Assembly (NCBI GenBank): GCA_964016885.1
Contig: CAXHJY010000713.1
Span: 1 to 64,000 of the forward strand
Reading direction: 5' to 3'
Source: Eledone cirrhosa
Taxonomy: Eukaryota
Length of the DNA: 64,000 nucleotides
Shown: positions 1 through 13,651 of the stretch, piece by piece
Layout of the letters: every line of letters begins with the position of its first letter
How positions within the stretch are numbered: position 1 is the first letter of the stretch
Made by a program: the position numbers and the translations under genes
The notes under the pieces: generated by a model
Told to the model about the DNA's origin: nothing
The model's database searches: none
What the model saw: only the letters and a program-made list of their open reading frames with translations

Positions 1-3000
1 TGAGGGAGTGGATAGGGTGTGTGTTTAGGGGAGTGGATAGGGTGTGTGTTGAGGGGAGTGGATAGGGTGTGTGTTGAGGGAGTGGATAGGGTGCTGTGTT
101 AGGGGAGTGGATAGGGTGTGTGTTGAGGGAGTGGATAGGGTGTGTGTTTAGGGGAGTGGATAGGGTGTGTGTTGAGGGGAGTGGATAGGGTGTGTGTTGA
201 GGGGAGTGGATAGGTGTGTGTTGAGGGGAGTGGATAAGGGTGTGTGTTGAGGGGAGTGGATAGGGTGTGTGTTGAGGGGAGTGGATAGGGTGTGTGTTGA
301 GGGGAGTGGATAGGGTGTGTGTTGAGGGGAGTGGATAGGGTGTGTGTTGAGGGGAGTGGATAGGGTGTGTGTTTAGGGGAGTGGATAGGGTGTGTGTTGA
401 GGGGAGTGGATAGGGTGTGTGTTTAGGGGAGTGGATAGGGTGTGTGTTGAGGGGAGTGGATAGGGTGTGTGTTGAGGGGAGTGGATAGGGTGTGTGTTTA
501 GGGGAGTGGATAGGGTGTGTGTTGAGGGGAGTGGATAGGGTGTGTGTTTAGGGGAGTGGATAGGGTGTGTGTTGAGGGGAGTGGATAGGGTGTGTGTTTA
601 GGGGAGTGGATAGGGTGTGTGTTGAGGGGAGTGGATAGGGTGTGTGTTTAGGGGAGTGGATAGGTGTGTGTTGAGGGGAGTGGATAGGGTGTGTGTTTAG
701 GGGAGTGGATAGGGTGTGTGTTGAGGGGAGTGGATAGGGTGTGTGTTGAGGGGAGTGGATAGGGTGTGTGTTTAGGGGAGTGGATAGGGTGTGTGTTGAG
801 GGGAGTGGATAGGGTGTGTGTTTAGGGGAGTGGATAGGGTGTGTTGAGGGGAGTGGATAGGGTGTGTGTTTAGGGGAGTGGATAGGGTGTGTGTTGAGGG
901 GAGTGGATAGGGTGTGTGTTTAGGGGAGTGGATAGGGTGTGTGTTGAGGGGAGTGGATAGGGTGTGTGTTTAGGGGAGTGGATAGGGTGTGTGTTTAGGG
1001 GAGTGGATAGGGTGTGTGTTGAGGGGAGTGGATAGGGTGTGTGTTTAGGGGAGTGGATAGGGTGTGTGTTGAGGGGAGTGGATAGGGTGTGTGTTTAGGG
1101 GAGTGGATAGGGTGTGTGTTGAGGGAGTGGATAGGGTGTGTGTTTAGGGGAGTGGATAGGGTGTGTGTTTAGGGGAGTGGATAGGGTGTGTGTTGAGGGG
1201 AGTGGATAGGGTGTGTGTTTAGGGGAGTGGATAGGGTGTGTGTTGAGGGGAGTGGATAGGGTGTGTGTTTAGGGGAGTGGATAGGGTGTGTGTTGAGGGG
1301 AGTGGATAGGGTGTGTGTTTAGGGGAGTGGATAGGGTGTGTGTTGAGGGGAGTGGATAGGGTGTGTGTTGAGGGGAGTGGATAGGGTGTGTGTTTAGGGG
1401 AGTGGATAGGGTGTGTGTTGAGGGGAGTGGATAGGGTGTGTGTTTAGGGGAGTGGATAGGGTGTGTTGAGGGGAGTGGATAGGGTGTGTGTTTAGGGGAG
1501 TGGATAGGGTGTGTGTTGAGGGGAGTGGATAGGGTGTGTGTTGAGGGGAGTGGATAGGGTGTGTGTTTAGGGGAGTGGATAGGGTGTGTGTTGAGGGGAG
1601 TGGATAGGGTGTGTGTTGAGGGGAGTGGATAGGGTGTGTGTTGAGGGGAGTGGATAGGGTGTGTGTTTAGGGGAGTGGATAGGGTGTGTGTTGAGGGGAG
1701 TGGATAGGGTGTGTGTTGAGGGGAGTGGATAGGGTGTGTGTTTAGGGGAGTGGATAGGGTGTGTGTTGAGGGGAGTGGATAGGGTGTGTGTTTAGGGGAG
1801 TGGATAGGGTGTGTGTTTAGGGGAGTGGATAGGGTGTGTGTTTAGGGGAGTGGATAGGGTGTGTGTTGAGGGGAGTGGATAGGGTGTGTGTTGAGGGGAG
1901 TGGATAGGGTGTGTGTTGAGGGGAGTGGATAGGGTGTGTGTTTAGGGGAGTGGATAGGGTGTGTGTTGAGGGGAGTGGATAGGGTGTGTGTTTAGGGGAG
2001 TGGATAGGGTGTGTGTTGAGGGGAGTGGATAGGGTGTGTGTTTAGGGGAGTGGATAGGGTGTGTGTTTAGGGGAGTGGATAGGGTGTGTGTTGAGGGGAG
2101 TGGATAGGGTGTGTGTTAGGGGAGTGGATAGGGTGTGTGTTGAGGGGAGTGGATAGGGTGTGTGTTTAGGGGAGTGGATAGGGTGTGTGTTGAGGGGAGT
2201 GGATAGGGTGTGTGTTTAGGGGAGTGGATAGGGTGTGTGTTGAGGGGAGTGGATAGGGTGTGTGTTTAGGGGAGTGGATAGGGTGTGTGTTTAGGGAGTG
2301 GATAGGGTGTGTGTTGAGGGGAGTGGATAGGGTGTGTGTTTAGGGGAGTGGATAGGGTGTGTGTTGAGGGGAGTGGATAGGGTGTGTGTTTAGGGGAGTG
2401 GATAGGGTGTGTGTTGAGGGGAGTGGATAGGGTGTGTGTTTAGGGGAGTGGATAGGGTGTGTGTTGAGGGGAGTGGATAGGGTGTGTGTTGAGGGGAGTG
2501 GATAGGGTGTGTGTTGAGGGGAGTGGATAGGGTGTGTGTTGAGGGGAGTGGATAGGGTGTGTGTTGAGGGGAGTGGATAGGGTGTGTGTTTAGGGGAGTG
2601 GATAGGGTGTGTGTTGAGGGGAGTGGATAGGGTGTGTGTTTAGGGGAGTGGATAGGGTGTGTGTTGAGGGGAGTGGATAGGGTGTGTGTTTAGGGGAGTG
2701 GATAGGGTGTGTGTTTAGGGGAGTGGATAGGGTGTGTGTTGAGGGGAGTGGATAGGGTGTGTGTTTAGGGGAGTGGATAGGGTGTGTGTTGAGGGGAGTG
2801 GATAGGGTGTGTGTTGAGGGGAGTGGATAGGGTGTGTGTTTAGGGGAGTGGATAGGGTGTGTGTTGAGGGGAGTGGATAGGGTGTGTGTTTAGGGGAGTG
2901 GATAGGGTGTGTGTTGAGGGGAGTGGATAGGGTGTGTGTTTAGGGGAGTGGATAGGGTGTGTGTTTAGGGGAGTGGATAGGGTGTGTGTTTAGGGGAGTG

Positions 3001-6000
3001 GATAGGGTGTGTGTTTAGGGGAGTGGATAGGGTGTGTGTTTAGGGGAGTGGATAGGGTGTGTGTTGAGGGGAGTGGATAGGGTGTGTGTTGAGGGGAGTG
3101 GATAGGGTGTGTGTTTAGGGGAGTGGATAGGGTGTGTGTTGAGGGGAGTGGATAGGGTGTGTGTTTAGGGGAGTGGATAGGGTGTGTGTTGAGGGGAGTG
3201 GATAGGGTGTGTGTTTAGGGGAGTGGATAGGGTGTGTGTTTAGGGGAGTGGATAGGGTGTGTGTTGAGGGGAGTGGATAGGGTGTGTGTTTAGGGGAGTG
3301 GATAGGGTGTGTGTTGAGGGGAGTGGATAGGGTGTGTGTTTAGGGGAGTGGATAGGGTGTGTGTTGAGGGGAGGGATAGGGTGTGTGTTGAGGGGAGTGG
3401 ATAGGGTGTGTGTTTAGGGGAGTGGATAGGGTGTGTGTTTAGGGGAGTGGATAGGGTGTGTGTTTAGGGGAGTGGATAGGGTGTGTGTTGAGGGGAGTGG
3501 ATAGGGTGTGTGTTGAGGGGAGTGGATAGGGTGTGTGTTTAGGGGAGTGGATAGGGTGTGTGTTGAGGGGAGTGGATAGGGTGTGTGTTGAGGGGAGTGG
3601 ATAGGGTGTGTGTTGAGGGGAGTGGATAGGGTGTGTGTTTAGGGGAGTGGATAGGGTGTGTGTTTAGGGGAGTGGATAGGGTGTGTGTTTAGGGGAGTGG
3701 ATAGGGTGTGTGTTTAGGGGAGTGGATAGGGTGTGTGTTGAGGGGAGTGGATAGGGTGTGTGTTGAGGGGAGTGGATAGGGTGTGTGTTTAGGGGAGTGG
3801 ATAGGGTGTGTGTTTAGGGGAGTGGATAGGGTGTGTGTTTAGGGGAGTGGATAGGGTGTGTGTTTAGGGGAGTGGATAGGGTGTGTGTTTAGGGGAGTGG
3901 ATAGGGTGTGTGTTTAGGGGAGTGGATAGGGTGTGTGTTTAGGGGAGTGGATAGGGTGTGTGTTTAGGGGAGTGGATAGGGTGTGTGTTTAGGGGAGTGG
4001 ATAGGGTGTGTGTTTAGGGGAGTGGATAGGGTGTGTGTTTAGGGGAGTGGATAGGGTGTGTGTTTAGGGGAGTGGATAGGGTGTGTGTTGAGGGGAGTGG
4101 ATAGGGTGTGTGTTTAGGGGAGTGGATAGGGTGTGTGTTGAGGGGAGTGGATAGGGTGTGTGTTTAGGGGAGTGGATAGGGTGTGTGTTTAGGGGAGTGG
4201 ATAGGGTGTGTGTTGAGGGGAGTGGATAGGGTGTGTGTTTAGGGGAGTGGATAGGGTGTGTGTTGAGGGGAGTGGATAGGGTGTGTGTTGAGGGAGTGGA
4301 TAGGGTGTGTGTTTAGGGGAGTGGATAGGGTGTGTGTTTAGGGGAGTGGATAGGGTGTGTGTTTAGGGGAGTGGATAGGGTGTGTGTTGAGGGGAGTGGA
4401 TAGGGTGTGTGTTTAGGGGAGTGGATAGGGTGTGTGTTTAGGGGAGTGGATAGGGTGTGTGTTGAGGGGAGTGGATAGGGTGTGTGTTGAGGGGAGTGGA
4501 TAGGGTGTGTGTTTAGGGGAGTGGATAGGGTGTGTGTTTAGGGGAGTGGATAGGGTGTGTGTTTAGGGGAGTGGATAGGGTGTGTGTTTAGGGGAGTGGA
4601 TAGGGTGTGTGTTTAGGGGAGTGGATAGGGTGTGTGTTTAGGGGAGGGATAGGGTGTGTGTTTAGGGGAGTGGATAGGGTGTGTGTTTAGGGGAGTGGAT
4701 AGGGTGTGTGTTGAGGGGAGTGGATAGGGTGTGTGTTTAGGGGAGTGGATAGGGTGTGTGTTTAGGGGAGGGATAGGGTGTGTGTTTAGGGGAGTGGATA
4801 GGGTGTGTGTTTAGGGGAGTGGATAGGGTGTGTGTTGAGGGGAGTGGATAGGGTGTGTGTTTAGGGGAGTGGATAGGGTGTGTGTTTAGGGGAGTGGATA
4901 GGGTGTGTGTTTAGGGGAGTGGATAGGGTGTGTGTTTAGGGGAGTGGATAGGGTGTGTGTTGAGGGGGGGGAGTGGATAGGGTGTGTGTTTAGGGGAGTG
5001 GATAGGGTGTGTGTTTAGGGGAGTGGATAGGGTGTGTGTTTAGGGGAGTGGATAGGGTGTGTGTTTAGGGGAGTGGATAGGGTGTGTGTTTAGGGGAGTG
5101 GATAGGGTGTGTGTTTAGGGGAGGGATAGGGTGTGTGTTTAGGGGAGTGGATAGGGTGTGTGTTTAGGGGAGTGGATAGGGTGTGTGTTTAGGGGAGTGG
5201 ATAGGGTGTGTGTTTAGGGGAGTGGATAGGGTGTGTGTTTAGGGGAGTGGATAGGGTGTGTGTTTAGGGGAGGGATAGGGTGTGTGTTTAGGGGAGTGGA
5301 TAGGGTGTGTGTTTAGGGGATGGATAGGGTGTGTGTTTAGGGGAGTGGATAGGGTGTGTGTTTAGGGGAGTGGATAGGGTGTGTGTTTAGGGGAGTGGAT
5401 AGGGTGTGTGTTGAGGGGAGTGGATAGGGTGTGTGTTTAGGGGAGGGATAGGGTGTGTGTTTAGGGGAGTGGATAGGGTGTGTGTTTAGGGGAGTGGATA
5501 GGGTGTGTGTTTAGGGGAGTGGATAGGGTGTGTGTTTAGGGGAGTGGATAGGGTGTGTGTTTAGGGGAGGGATAGGGTGTGTGTTTAGGGGAGTGGATAG
5601 GGTGTGTGTTTAGGGGAGTGGATAGGGTGTGTGTTTAGGGGAGGGATAGGGTGTGTGTTTAGGGGAGTGGATAGGGTGTGTGTTTAGGGGAGTGGATAGG
5701 GTGTGTGTTGAGGGGAGTGGATAGGGTGTGTGTTGAGGGGAGTGGATAGGGTGTGTGTTTAGGGGAGTGGATAGGGTGTGTGTTTAGGGGAGGGATAGGG
5801 TGTGTGTTTAGGGGAGTGGATAGGGTGTGTGTTTAGGGGAGTGGATAGGGTGTGTGTTTAGGGGAGTGGATAGGGTGTGTGTTTAGGGGAGTGGATAGGG
5901 TGTGTGTTGAGGGGAGTGGATAGGGTGTGTGTTTAGGGGAGTGGATAGGGTGTGTGTTTAGGGGAGTGGATAGGGTGTGTGTTGAGGGGAGTGGATAGGG

Positions 6001-9000
6001 TGTGTGTTGAGGGGAGTGGATAGGGTGTGTGTTTAGGGGAGTGGATAGGGTGTGTGTTGAGGGGAGTGGATAGGGTGTGTGTTTAGGGGAGTGGATAGGG
6101 TGTGTGTTGAGGGGAGTGGATAGGGTGTGTGTTGAGGGGAGTGGATAGGGTGTGTGTTTAGGGGAGTGGATAGGGTGTGTGTTTAGGGGAGTGGATAGGG
6201 TGTGTGTTGAGGGGAGTGGATAGGGTGTGTGTTGAGGGGAGTGGATAGGGTGTGTGTTTAGGGGAGTGGATAGGGTGTGTGTTGAGGGGAGTGGATAGGG
6301 TGTGTGTTTAGGGGAGTGGATAGGGTGTGTGTTGAGGGGAGTGGATAGGGTGTGTGTTTAGGGGAGTGGATAGGGTGTGTGTTTAGGGGAGTGGATAGGG
6401 TGTGTGTTTAGGGGAGTGGATAGGGTGTGTGTTGAGGGGAGTGGATAGGGTGTGTGTTGAGGGGAGTGGATAGGGTGTGTGTTTAGGGGAGTGGATAGGG
6501 TGTGTGTTGAGGGGAGTGGATAGGGTGTGTGTTTAGGGGAGTGGATAGGGTGTGTGTTGAGGGGAGTGGATAGGGTGTGTGTTGAGGGGAGTGGATAGGG
6601 TGTGTGTTTAGGGGAGGGATAGGGTGTGTGTTTAGGGGAGTGGATAGGGTGTGTGTTTAGGGGAGTGGATAGGGTGTGTGTTTAGGGGAGTGGATAGGGT
6701 GTGTGTTTAGGGGAGTGGATAGGGTGTGTGTTTAGGGGAGGGATAGGGTGTGTGTTTAGGGGAGTGGATAGGGTGTGTGTTGAGGGGAGTGGATAGGGTG
6801 TGTGTTTAGGGGAGGGATAGGGTGTGTGTTTAGGGGAGGGATAGGGTGTGTGTTTAGGGGAGTGGATAGGGTGTGTGTTGAGGGGAGTGGATAGGGTGTG
6901 TGTTTAGGGGAGTGGATAGGGTGTGTGTTTAGGGGAGTGGATAGGGTGTGTGTTGAGGGGAGTGGATAGGGTGTGTGTTTAGGGGAGTGGATAGGGTGTG
7001 TGTTGAGGGGAGTGGATAGGGTGTGTGTTGAGGGGAGTGGATAGGGTGTGTGTTTAGGGGAGTGGATAGGGTGTGTGTTTAGGGGAGTGGATAGGGTGTG
7101 TGTTGAGGGGAGTGGATAGGGTGTGTGTTGAGGGGAGTGGATAGGGTGTGTGTTTAGGGGAGTGGATAGGGTGTGTGTTTAGGGGAGTGGATAGGGTGTG
7201 TGTTTAGGGGAGTGGATAGGGTGTGTGTTGAGGGGAGTGGATAGGGTGTGTGTTTAGGGGAGTGGATAGGGTGTGTGTTTAGGGGAGTGGATAGGGTGTG
7301 TGTTTAGGGGAGTGGATAGGGTGTGTGTTTAGGGGAGTGGATAGGGTGTGTGTTGAGGGGAGTGGATAGGGTGTGTGTTTAGGGGAGGGATAGGGTGTGT
7401 GTTTAGGGGAGTGGATAGGGTGTGTGTTTAGGGGAGTGGATAGGGTGTGTGTTGAGGGGAGTGGATAGGGTGTGTGTTTAGGGGAGTGGATAGGGTGTGT
7501 GTTTAGGGGAGGGATAGGGTGTGTGTTTAGGGGAGTGGATAGGGTGTGTGTTTAGGGGAGTGGATAGGGTGTGTGTTTAGGGGAGTGGATAGGGTGTGTG
7601 TTTAGGGGAGGGATAGGGTGTGTGTTTAGGGGAGTGGATAGGGTGTGTGTTTAGGGGAGTGGATAGGGTGTGTGTTTAGGGGAGTGGATAGGGTGTGTGT
7701 TTAGGGGAGTGGATAGGGTGTGTGTTTAGGGGAGTGGATAGGGTGTGTGTTTAGGGGAGTGGATAGGGTGTGTGTTTAGGGGAGTGGATAGGGTGTGTGT
7801 TTAGGGGAGTGGATAGGGTGTGTGTTTAGGGGAGTGGATAGGGTGTGTGTTTAGGGGAGTGGATAGGGTGTGTGTTTAGGGGAGTGGATAGGGTGTGTGT
7901 TTAGGGGAGTGGATAGGGTGTGTGTTTAGGGGAGTGGATAGGGTGTGTGTTTAGGGGAGTGGATAGGGTGTGTGTTTAGGGGAGTGGATAGGGTGTGTGT
8001 TTAGGGGAGTGGATAGGGTGTGTGTTTAGGGGAGTGGATAGGGTGTGTGTTTAGGGGAGTGGATAGGGTGTGTGTTTAGGGGAGTGGATAGGGTGTGTGT
8101 TTAGGGGAGTGGATAGGGTGTGTGTTTAGGGGAGGGATAGGGTGTGTGTTTAGGGGAGTGGATAGGGTGTGTGTTTAGGGGAGTGGATAGGGTGTGTGTT
8201 GAGGGGAGTGGATAGGGTGTGTGTTTAGGGGAGTGGATAGGGTGTGTGTTGAGGGGAGTGGATAGGGTGTGTGTTTAGGGGAGTGGATAGGGTGTGTGTT
8301 TAGGGGAGGGATAGGGTGTGTGTTTAGGGGAGGGATAGGGTGTGTGTTTAGGGGAGTGGATAGGGTGTGTGTTTAGGGGAGTGGATAGGGTGTGTGTTTA
8401 GGGGAGTGGATAGGGTGTGTGTTTAGGGGAGGGATAGGGTGTGTGTTTAGGGGAGTGGATAGGGTGTGTGTTTATGGGAGTGGATAGGGTGTGTGTTTAG
8501 GGAGGGATAGGGTGTGTGTTTAGGGGAGTGGATAGGGTGTGTGTTTAGGGGAGTGGATAGGGTGTGTGTTGAGGGGAGTGGATAGGGTGTGTGTTGAGGG
8601 GAGTGGATAGGGTGTGTGTTTAGGGGAGTGGATAGGGTGTGTGTTTAGGGGAGGGATAGGGTGTGTGTTTATGGGAGTGGATAGGGTGTGTGTTTAGGGG
8701 AGTGGATAGGGTGTGTGTTTAGGGGAGTGGATAGGGTGTGTGTTTAGGGGAGTGGATAGGGTGTGTGTTGAGGGGAGTGGATAGGGTGTGTGTTTAGGGG
8801 AGTGGATAGGGTGTGTGTTTAGGGGAGTGGATAGGGTGTGTGTTGAGGGGAGTGGATAGGGTGTGTGTTGAGGGGAGTGGATAGGGTGTGTGTTTAGGGG
8901 AGTGGATAGGGTGTGTGTTGAGGGGAGTGGATAGGGTGTGTGTTTAGGGGAGTGGATAGGGTGTGTGTTGAGGGGAGTGGATAGGGTGTGTGTTGAGGGG

Positions 9001-12000
9001 AGTGGATAGGGTGTGTGTTTAGGGGAGTGGATAGGGTGTGTGTTTAGGGGAGTGGATAGGGTGTGTGTTGAGGGGAGTGGATAGGGTGTGTGTTGAGGGG
9101 AGTGGATAGGGTGTGTGTTTAGGGGAGTGGATAGGGTGTGTGTTGAGGGGAGTGGATAGGGTGTGTGTTTAGGGGAGTGGATAGGGTGTGTGTTGAGGGG
9201 AGTGGATAGGGTGTGTGTTTAGGGGAGGGATAGGGTGTGTGTTTAGGGGAGGGATAGGGTGTGTGTTTAGGGGAGTGGATAGGGTGTGTGTTGAGGGGAG
9301 TGGATAGGGTGTGTGTTGAGGGGAGTGGATAGGGTGTGTGTTTAGGGGAGTGGATAGGGTGTGTGTTGAGGGGAGTGGATAGGGTGTGTGTTTAGGGGAG
9401 TGGATAGGGTGTGTGTTGAGGGGAGTGGATAGGGTGTGTGTTGAGGGGAGTGGATAGGGTGTGTGTTTAGGGGAGGGATAGGGTGTGTGTTTAGGGGAGG
9501 GATAGGGTGTGTGTTTAGGGGAGGGATAGGGTGTGTGTTTAGGGGAGTGGATAGGGTGTGTGTTTAGGGGAGTGGATAGGGTGTGTGTTTAGGGGAGGGA
9601 TAGGGTGTGTGTTTAGGGGAGTGGATAGGGTGTGTGTTGAGGGGAGTGGATAGGGTGTGTGTTTAGGGGAGGGATAGGGTGTGTGTTTAGGGGAGGGATA
9701 GGGTGTGTGTTTAGGGGAGTGGATAGGGTGTGTGTTGAGGGGAGTGGATAGGGTGTGTGTTGAGGGGAGTGGATAGGGTGTGTGTTTAGGGGAGTGGATA
9801 GGGTGTGTGTTGAGGGGAGTGGATAGGGTGTGTGTTTAGGGGAGTGGATAGGGTGTGTGTTGAGGGGAGTGGATAGGGTGTGTGTTGAGGGGAGTGGATA
9901 GGGTGTGTGTTTAGGGGAGTGGATAGGGTGTGTGTTTAGGGGAGTGGATAGGGTGTGTGTTGAGGGGAGTGGATAGGGTGTGTGTTTAGGGGAGTGGATA
10001 GGGTGTGTGTTTAGGGGAGTGGATAGGGTGTGTGTTGAGGGGAGTGGATAGGGTGTGTGTTTAGGGGAGTGGATAGGGTGTGTGTTGAGGGGAGTGGATA
10101 GGGTGTGTGTTTAGGGGAGGGATAGGGTGTGTGTTTAGGGGAGGGATAGGGTGTGTGTTTAGGGGAGTGGATAGGGTGTGTGTTGAGGGGAGTGGATAGG
10201 GTGTGTGTTGAGGGGAGTGGATAGGGTGTGTGTTGAGGGGAGTGGATAGGGTGTGTGTTTAGGGGAGTGGATAGGGTGTGTGTTTAGGGGAGGGATAGGG
10301 TGTGTGTTTAGGGGAGGGATAGGGTGTGTGTTTAGGGGAGTGGATAGGGTGTGTGTTTAGGGGAGTGGATAGGGTGTGTGTTTATGGGAGTGGATAGGGT
10401 GTGTGTTTAGGGGAGGGATAGGGTGTGTGTTTAGGGGAGTGGATAGGGTGTGTGTTTAGGGGAGTGGATAGGGTGTGTGTTTAGGGGAGGGATAGGGTGT
10501 GTGTTTAGGGGAGTGGATAGGGTGTGTGTTGAGGGGAGTGGATAGGGTGTGTGTTGAGGGGAGTGGATAGGGTGTGTGTTGAGGGGAGTGGATAGGGTGT
10601 GTGTTTAGGGGAGTGGATAGGGTGTGTGTTTAGGGGAGGGATAGGGTGTGTGTTTAGGGGAGTGGATAGGGTGTGTGTTTAGGGGAGTGGATAGGGTGTG
10701 TGTTTAGGGGAGGGATAGGGTGTGTGTTTAGGGGAGTGGATAGGGTGTGTGTTTAGGGGAGGGATAGGGTGTGTGTTTAGGGGAGTGGATAGGGTGTGTG
10801 TTGAGGGGAGTGGATAGGGTGTGTGTTTAGGGGAGTGGATAGGGTGTGTGTTTAGGGGAGTGGATAGGGTGTGTGTTTAGGGGAGTGGATAGGGTGTGTG
10901 TTGAGGGGAGTGGATAGGGTGTGTGTTGAGGGGAGTGGATAGGGTGTGTGTTTAGGGGAGTGGATAGGGTGTGTGTTTAGGGGAGGGATAGGGTGTGTGT
11001 TTAGGGGAGTGGATAGGGTGTGTGTTTAGGGGAGGGATAGGGTGTGTGTTTAGGGGAGTGGATAGGGTGTGTGTTTAGGGGAGTGGATAGGGTGTGTGTT
11101 TAGGGGAGTGGATAGGGTGTGTGTTTGGGGGAGTGGATAGGGTGTGTGTTTAGGGGGGTGGATAGGGTGTGTGTTTAGGGGAGGGATAGGGTGTGTGTTT
11201 AGGGGAGTGGATAGGGTGTGTGTTTAGGGGAGGGATAGGGTGTGTGTTTAGGGGAGTGGATAGGGTGTGTGTTTAGGGGAGTGGATAGGGTGTGTGTTTA
11301 GGGGAGTGGATAGGGTGTGTGTTTAGGGGAGTGGATAGGGTGTGTGTTTGGGGGAGTGGATAGGGTGTGTGTTTAGGGGGGTGGATAGGGTGTGTGTTTA
11401 GGGGAGGGATAGGGTGTGTGTTTAGGGGAGTGGATAGGGTGTGTGTTTAGGGGAGGGATAGGGTGTGTGTTTAGGGGAGTGGATAGGGTGTGTGTTTAGG
11501 GGAGTGGATAGGGTGTGTGTTTAGGGGAGTGGATAGGGTGTGTGTTTAGGGGAGTGGATAGGGTGTGTGTTTGGGGGAGTGGATAGGGTGTGTGTTTAGG
11601 GGGGTGGATAGGGTGTGTGTTTAGGGGAGGGATAGGGTGTGTGTTTAGGGGAGTGGATAGGGTGTGTGTTTAGGGGAGGGATAGGGTGTGTGTTTAGGGG
11701 AGTGGATAGGGTGTGTGTTTAGGGGAGTGGATAGGGTGTGTGTTTAGGGGAGGGATAGGGTGTGTGTTTAGGGGAGTGGATAGGGTGTGTGTTTAGGGGA
11801 GGGATAGGGTGTGTGTTTAGGGGAGTGGATAGGGTGTGTGTTTAGGGGAGGGATAGGGTGTGTGTTTAGGGGAGTGGATAGGGTGTGTGTTTAGGGGAGT
11901 GGATAGGGTGTGTGTTGAGGGGAGTGGATAGGGTGTGTGTTTAGGGGAGTGGATAGGGTGTGTGTTTAGGGGAGTGGATAGGGTGTGTGTTTAGGGGAGT

Positions 12001-12525
12001 GGATAGGGTGTGTGTTGAGGGGAGTGGATAGGGTGTGTGTTTAGGGGAGTGGATAGGGTGTGTGTTTGGGGGAGTGGATAGGGTGTGTGTTTAGGGGGGT
12101 GGATAGGGTGTGTGTTTAGGGGGGTGGATAGGGTGTGTGTTTGGGGGAGTGGATAGGGTGTGTGTTTAGGGGAGTGGATAGGGTGTGTGTTTAGGGGAGT
12201 GGATAGGGTGTGTGTTTGGGGGAGTGGATAGGGTGTGTGTTTAGGGGGGTGGATAGGGTGTGTGTTTAGGGGAGTGGATAGGGTGTGTGTTTGGGGGAGT
12301 GGATAGGGTGTGTGTTTAGGGGAGTGGATAGGGTGTGTGTTTAGGGGAGTGGATAGGGTGTGTGTTGAGGGGAGTGGATAGGGTGTGTGTTTAGGGGAGT
12401 GGATAGGGTGTGTGTTTAGGGGAGTGGATAGGGTGTGTGTTTGGGGGAGTGGATAGGGTGTGTGTTTAGGGGGGTGGATAGGGTGTGTGTTTAGGGGGGT
12501 GGATAGGGTGTGTGTTTGGGGGAGT
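1..12525. repeat. 25-bp G-rich tandem satellite (GGGGAGTGGATAGGGTGTGTGTT[T/G]A), about 500 copies, open at the left window edge
   Basis: Directly visible 25-nt period with TTTA/TTGA variants, a 24-nt GAGGGAT deletion variant, and TTTG / all-G (A>G) variants near the right edge. It decays at ~12525. Confidence 0.98.
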
Positions 12526-12659
12526 AGATGGGGTGGAATGAATTCACAGAAGAACATTAGGTGTGGTTCCTAAATTGACAGACAGCCAAACAACAGGAAA
12601 GAAAGAACTGTGTAGGGTTTATCTGTTGAAGTGTTGACTGTCGGTTCTGTGATGAGCGG

Positions 12660-12660
<1 letters not shown>

Positions 12661-12742
<82 letters not shown>

Positions 12743-12853
12743 GTGCATACGTTCGTACGTACATATATTCATAAATATATACATATATACATACATACAT
12801 ACATATATACATACATATATGCACATATATGCATACATATATGTGTATGTGTG

Positions 12854-12895
<42 letters not shown>
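12661..12895. repeat. Compound (AC)n/(AT)n microsatellite
   Basis: Visible dinucleotide runs. Confidence 0.95.
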
Positions 12896-12899
<4 letters not shown>

Positions 12900-13085
12900 T
12901 ACAGTGGTGTAATGCTCCAGAGAAGAAATGGAAGTTTATGTAAGCTTGTCAGAGGGAATATGAGATTGAGAGTCAAGTAAACAGGAAACAACAACAACAA
13001 TAACAAGAACAATAATGACATCAACAACAACAATAATAACGACAACAATAACAACTATAATGGCAGTAATAACAATAATAATAAT

Positions 13086-13272
13086 TGTTTCTACTTTTGG
13101 CACAAGGCCAGCAATTACCCAGTGCATTACTGGTACTTTATTTTATCGACCCCGTAAGGGTGAAAGGCAAAGTTGACCTCGGCGGGATTTGAACTCAGAA
13201 TGGCAAGGGCCGTAACTCTATGTGTCAAAGCATGGCGTCCGACCCTCTACCGATACTGCCAATCCACCGCCC
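13086..13272 (-). mobile_element. tRNA-derived SINE (family A), embedded in AAC/AAT-rich simple repeats
   Basis: The minus strand reads GGGCGGTGGATTGGCAG...GAGTTCAAATCCC (B-box-like)...AACTTTGCCTTTCA...GTCGATAAAATAAAGTACC. Clearly homologous to the TSD-flanked copy at 26740-26925. Confidence 0.8.
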
Positions 13273-13550
13273 CAACAATAATAACGACATCAACAATAAC
13301 TATAACAACAACACAACAATATCGACAGCAATAATAAGGACAACAACAACAATACCAACAACAACATTGACAACAACAACCATAAAAACAATACCGATAA
13401 CAACAACAACAACAATAGCAATGATAACAGCAACAGCAACAACAATAACAACAATAACAGCAACAACAACAACACCACCAACAATAGCAACAACACTAAA
13501 GACAAAAATCTCAACCGCGACAAGAAGGAAAACAGCAACAACAACGACAG
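13273..13550. repeat. Degenerate (AAC)n trinucleotide repeat
   Basis: Visible AAC/AAT/AGC runs; source of the poly-T/V/L ORFs. Confidence 0.9.
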
Positions 13551-13651
13551 TAAATAAGGTACTCAATACGTTAGTAAAGTGTATACAACAAATTTAATAT
13601 AGAAATGGCTTCTACAGGACTAGAACTGTTTCATTCGAAGGATATATATAT

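Noticed and set aside
1-12525. True telomere
   Set aside because: The G-rich strand points into the window rather than toward the left end, and there is no pure (TTAGGG)n.
11991-12557. 188-aa His/Pro/Thr repeat ORF
   Set aside because: It is a translation of three 25-bp satellite units per 25 aa, open only because a few TAA codons are mutated. No coding evidence.
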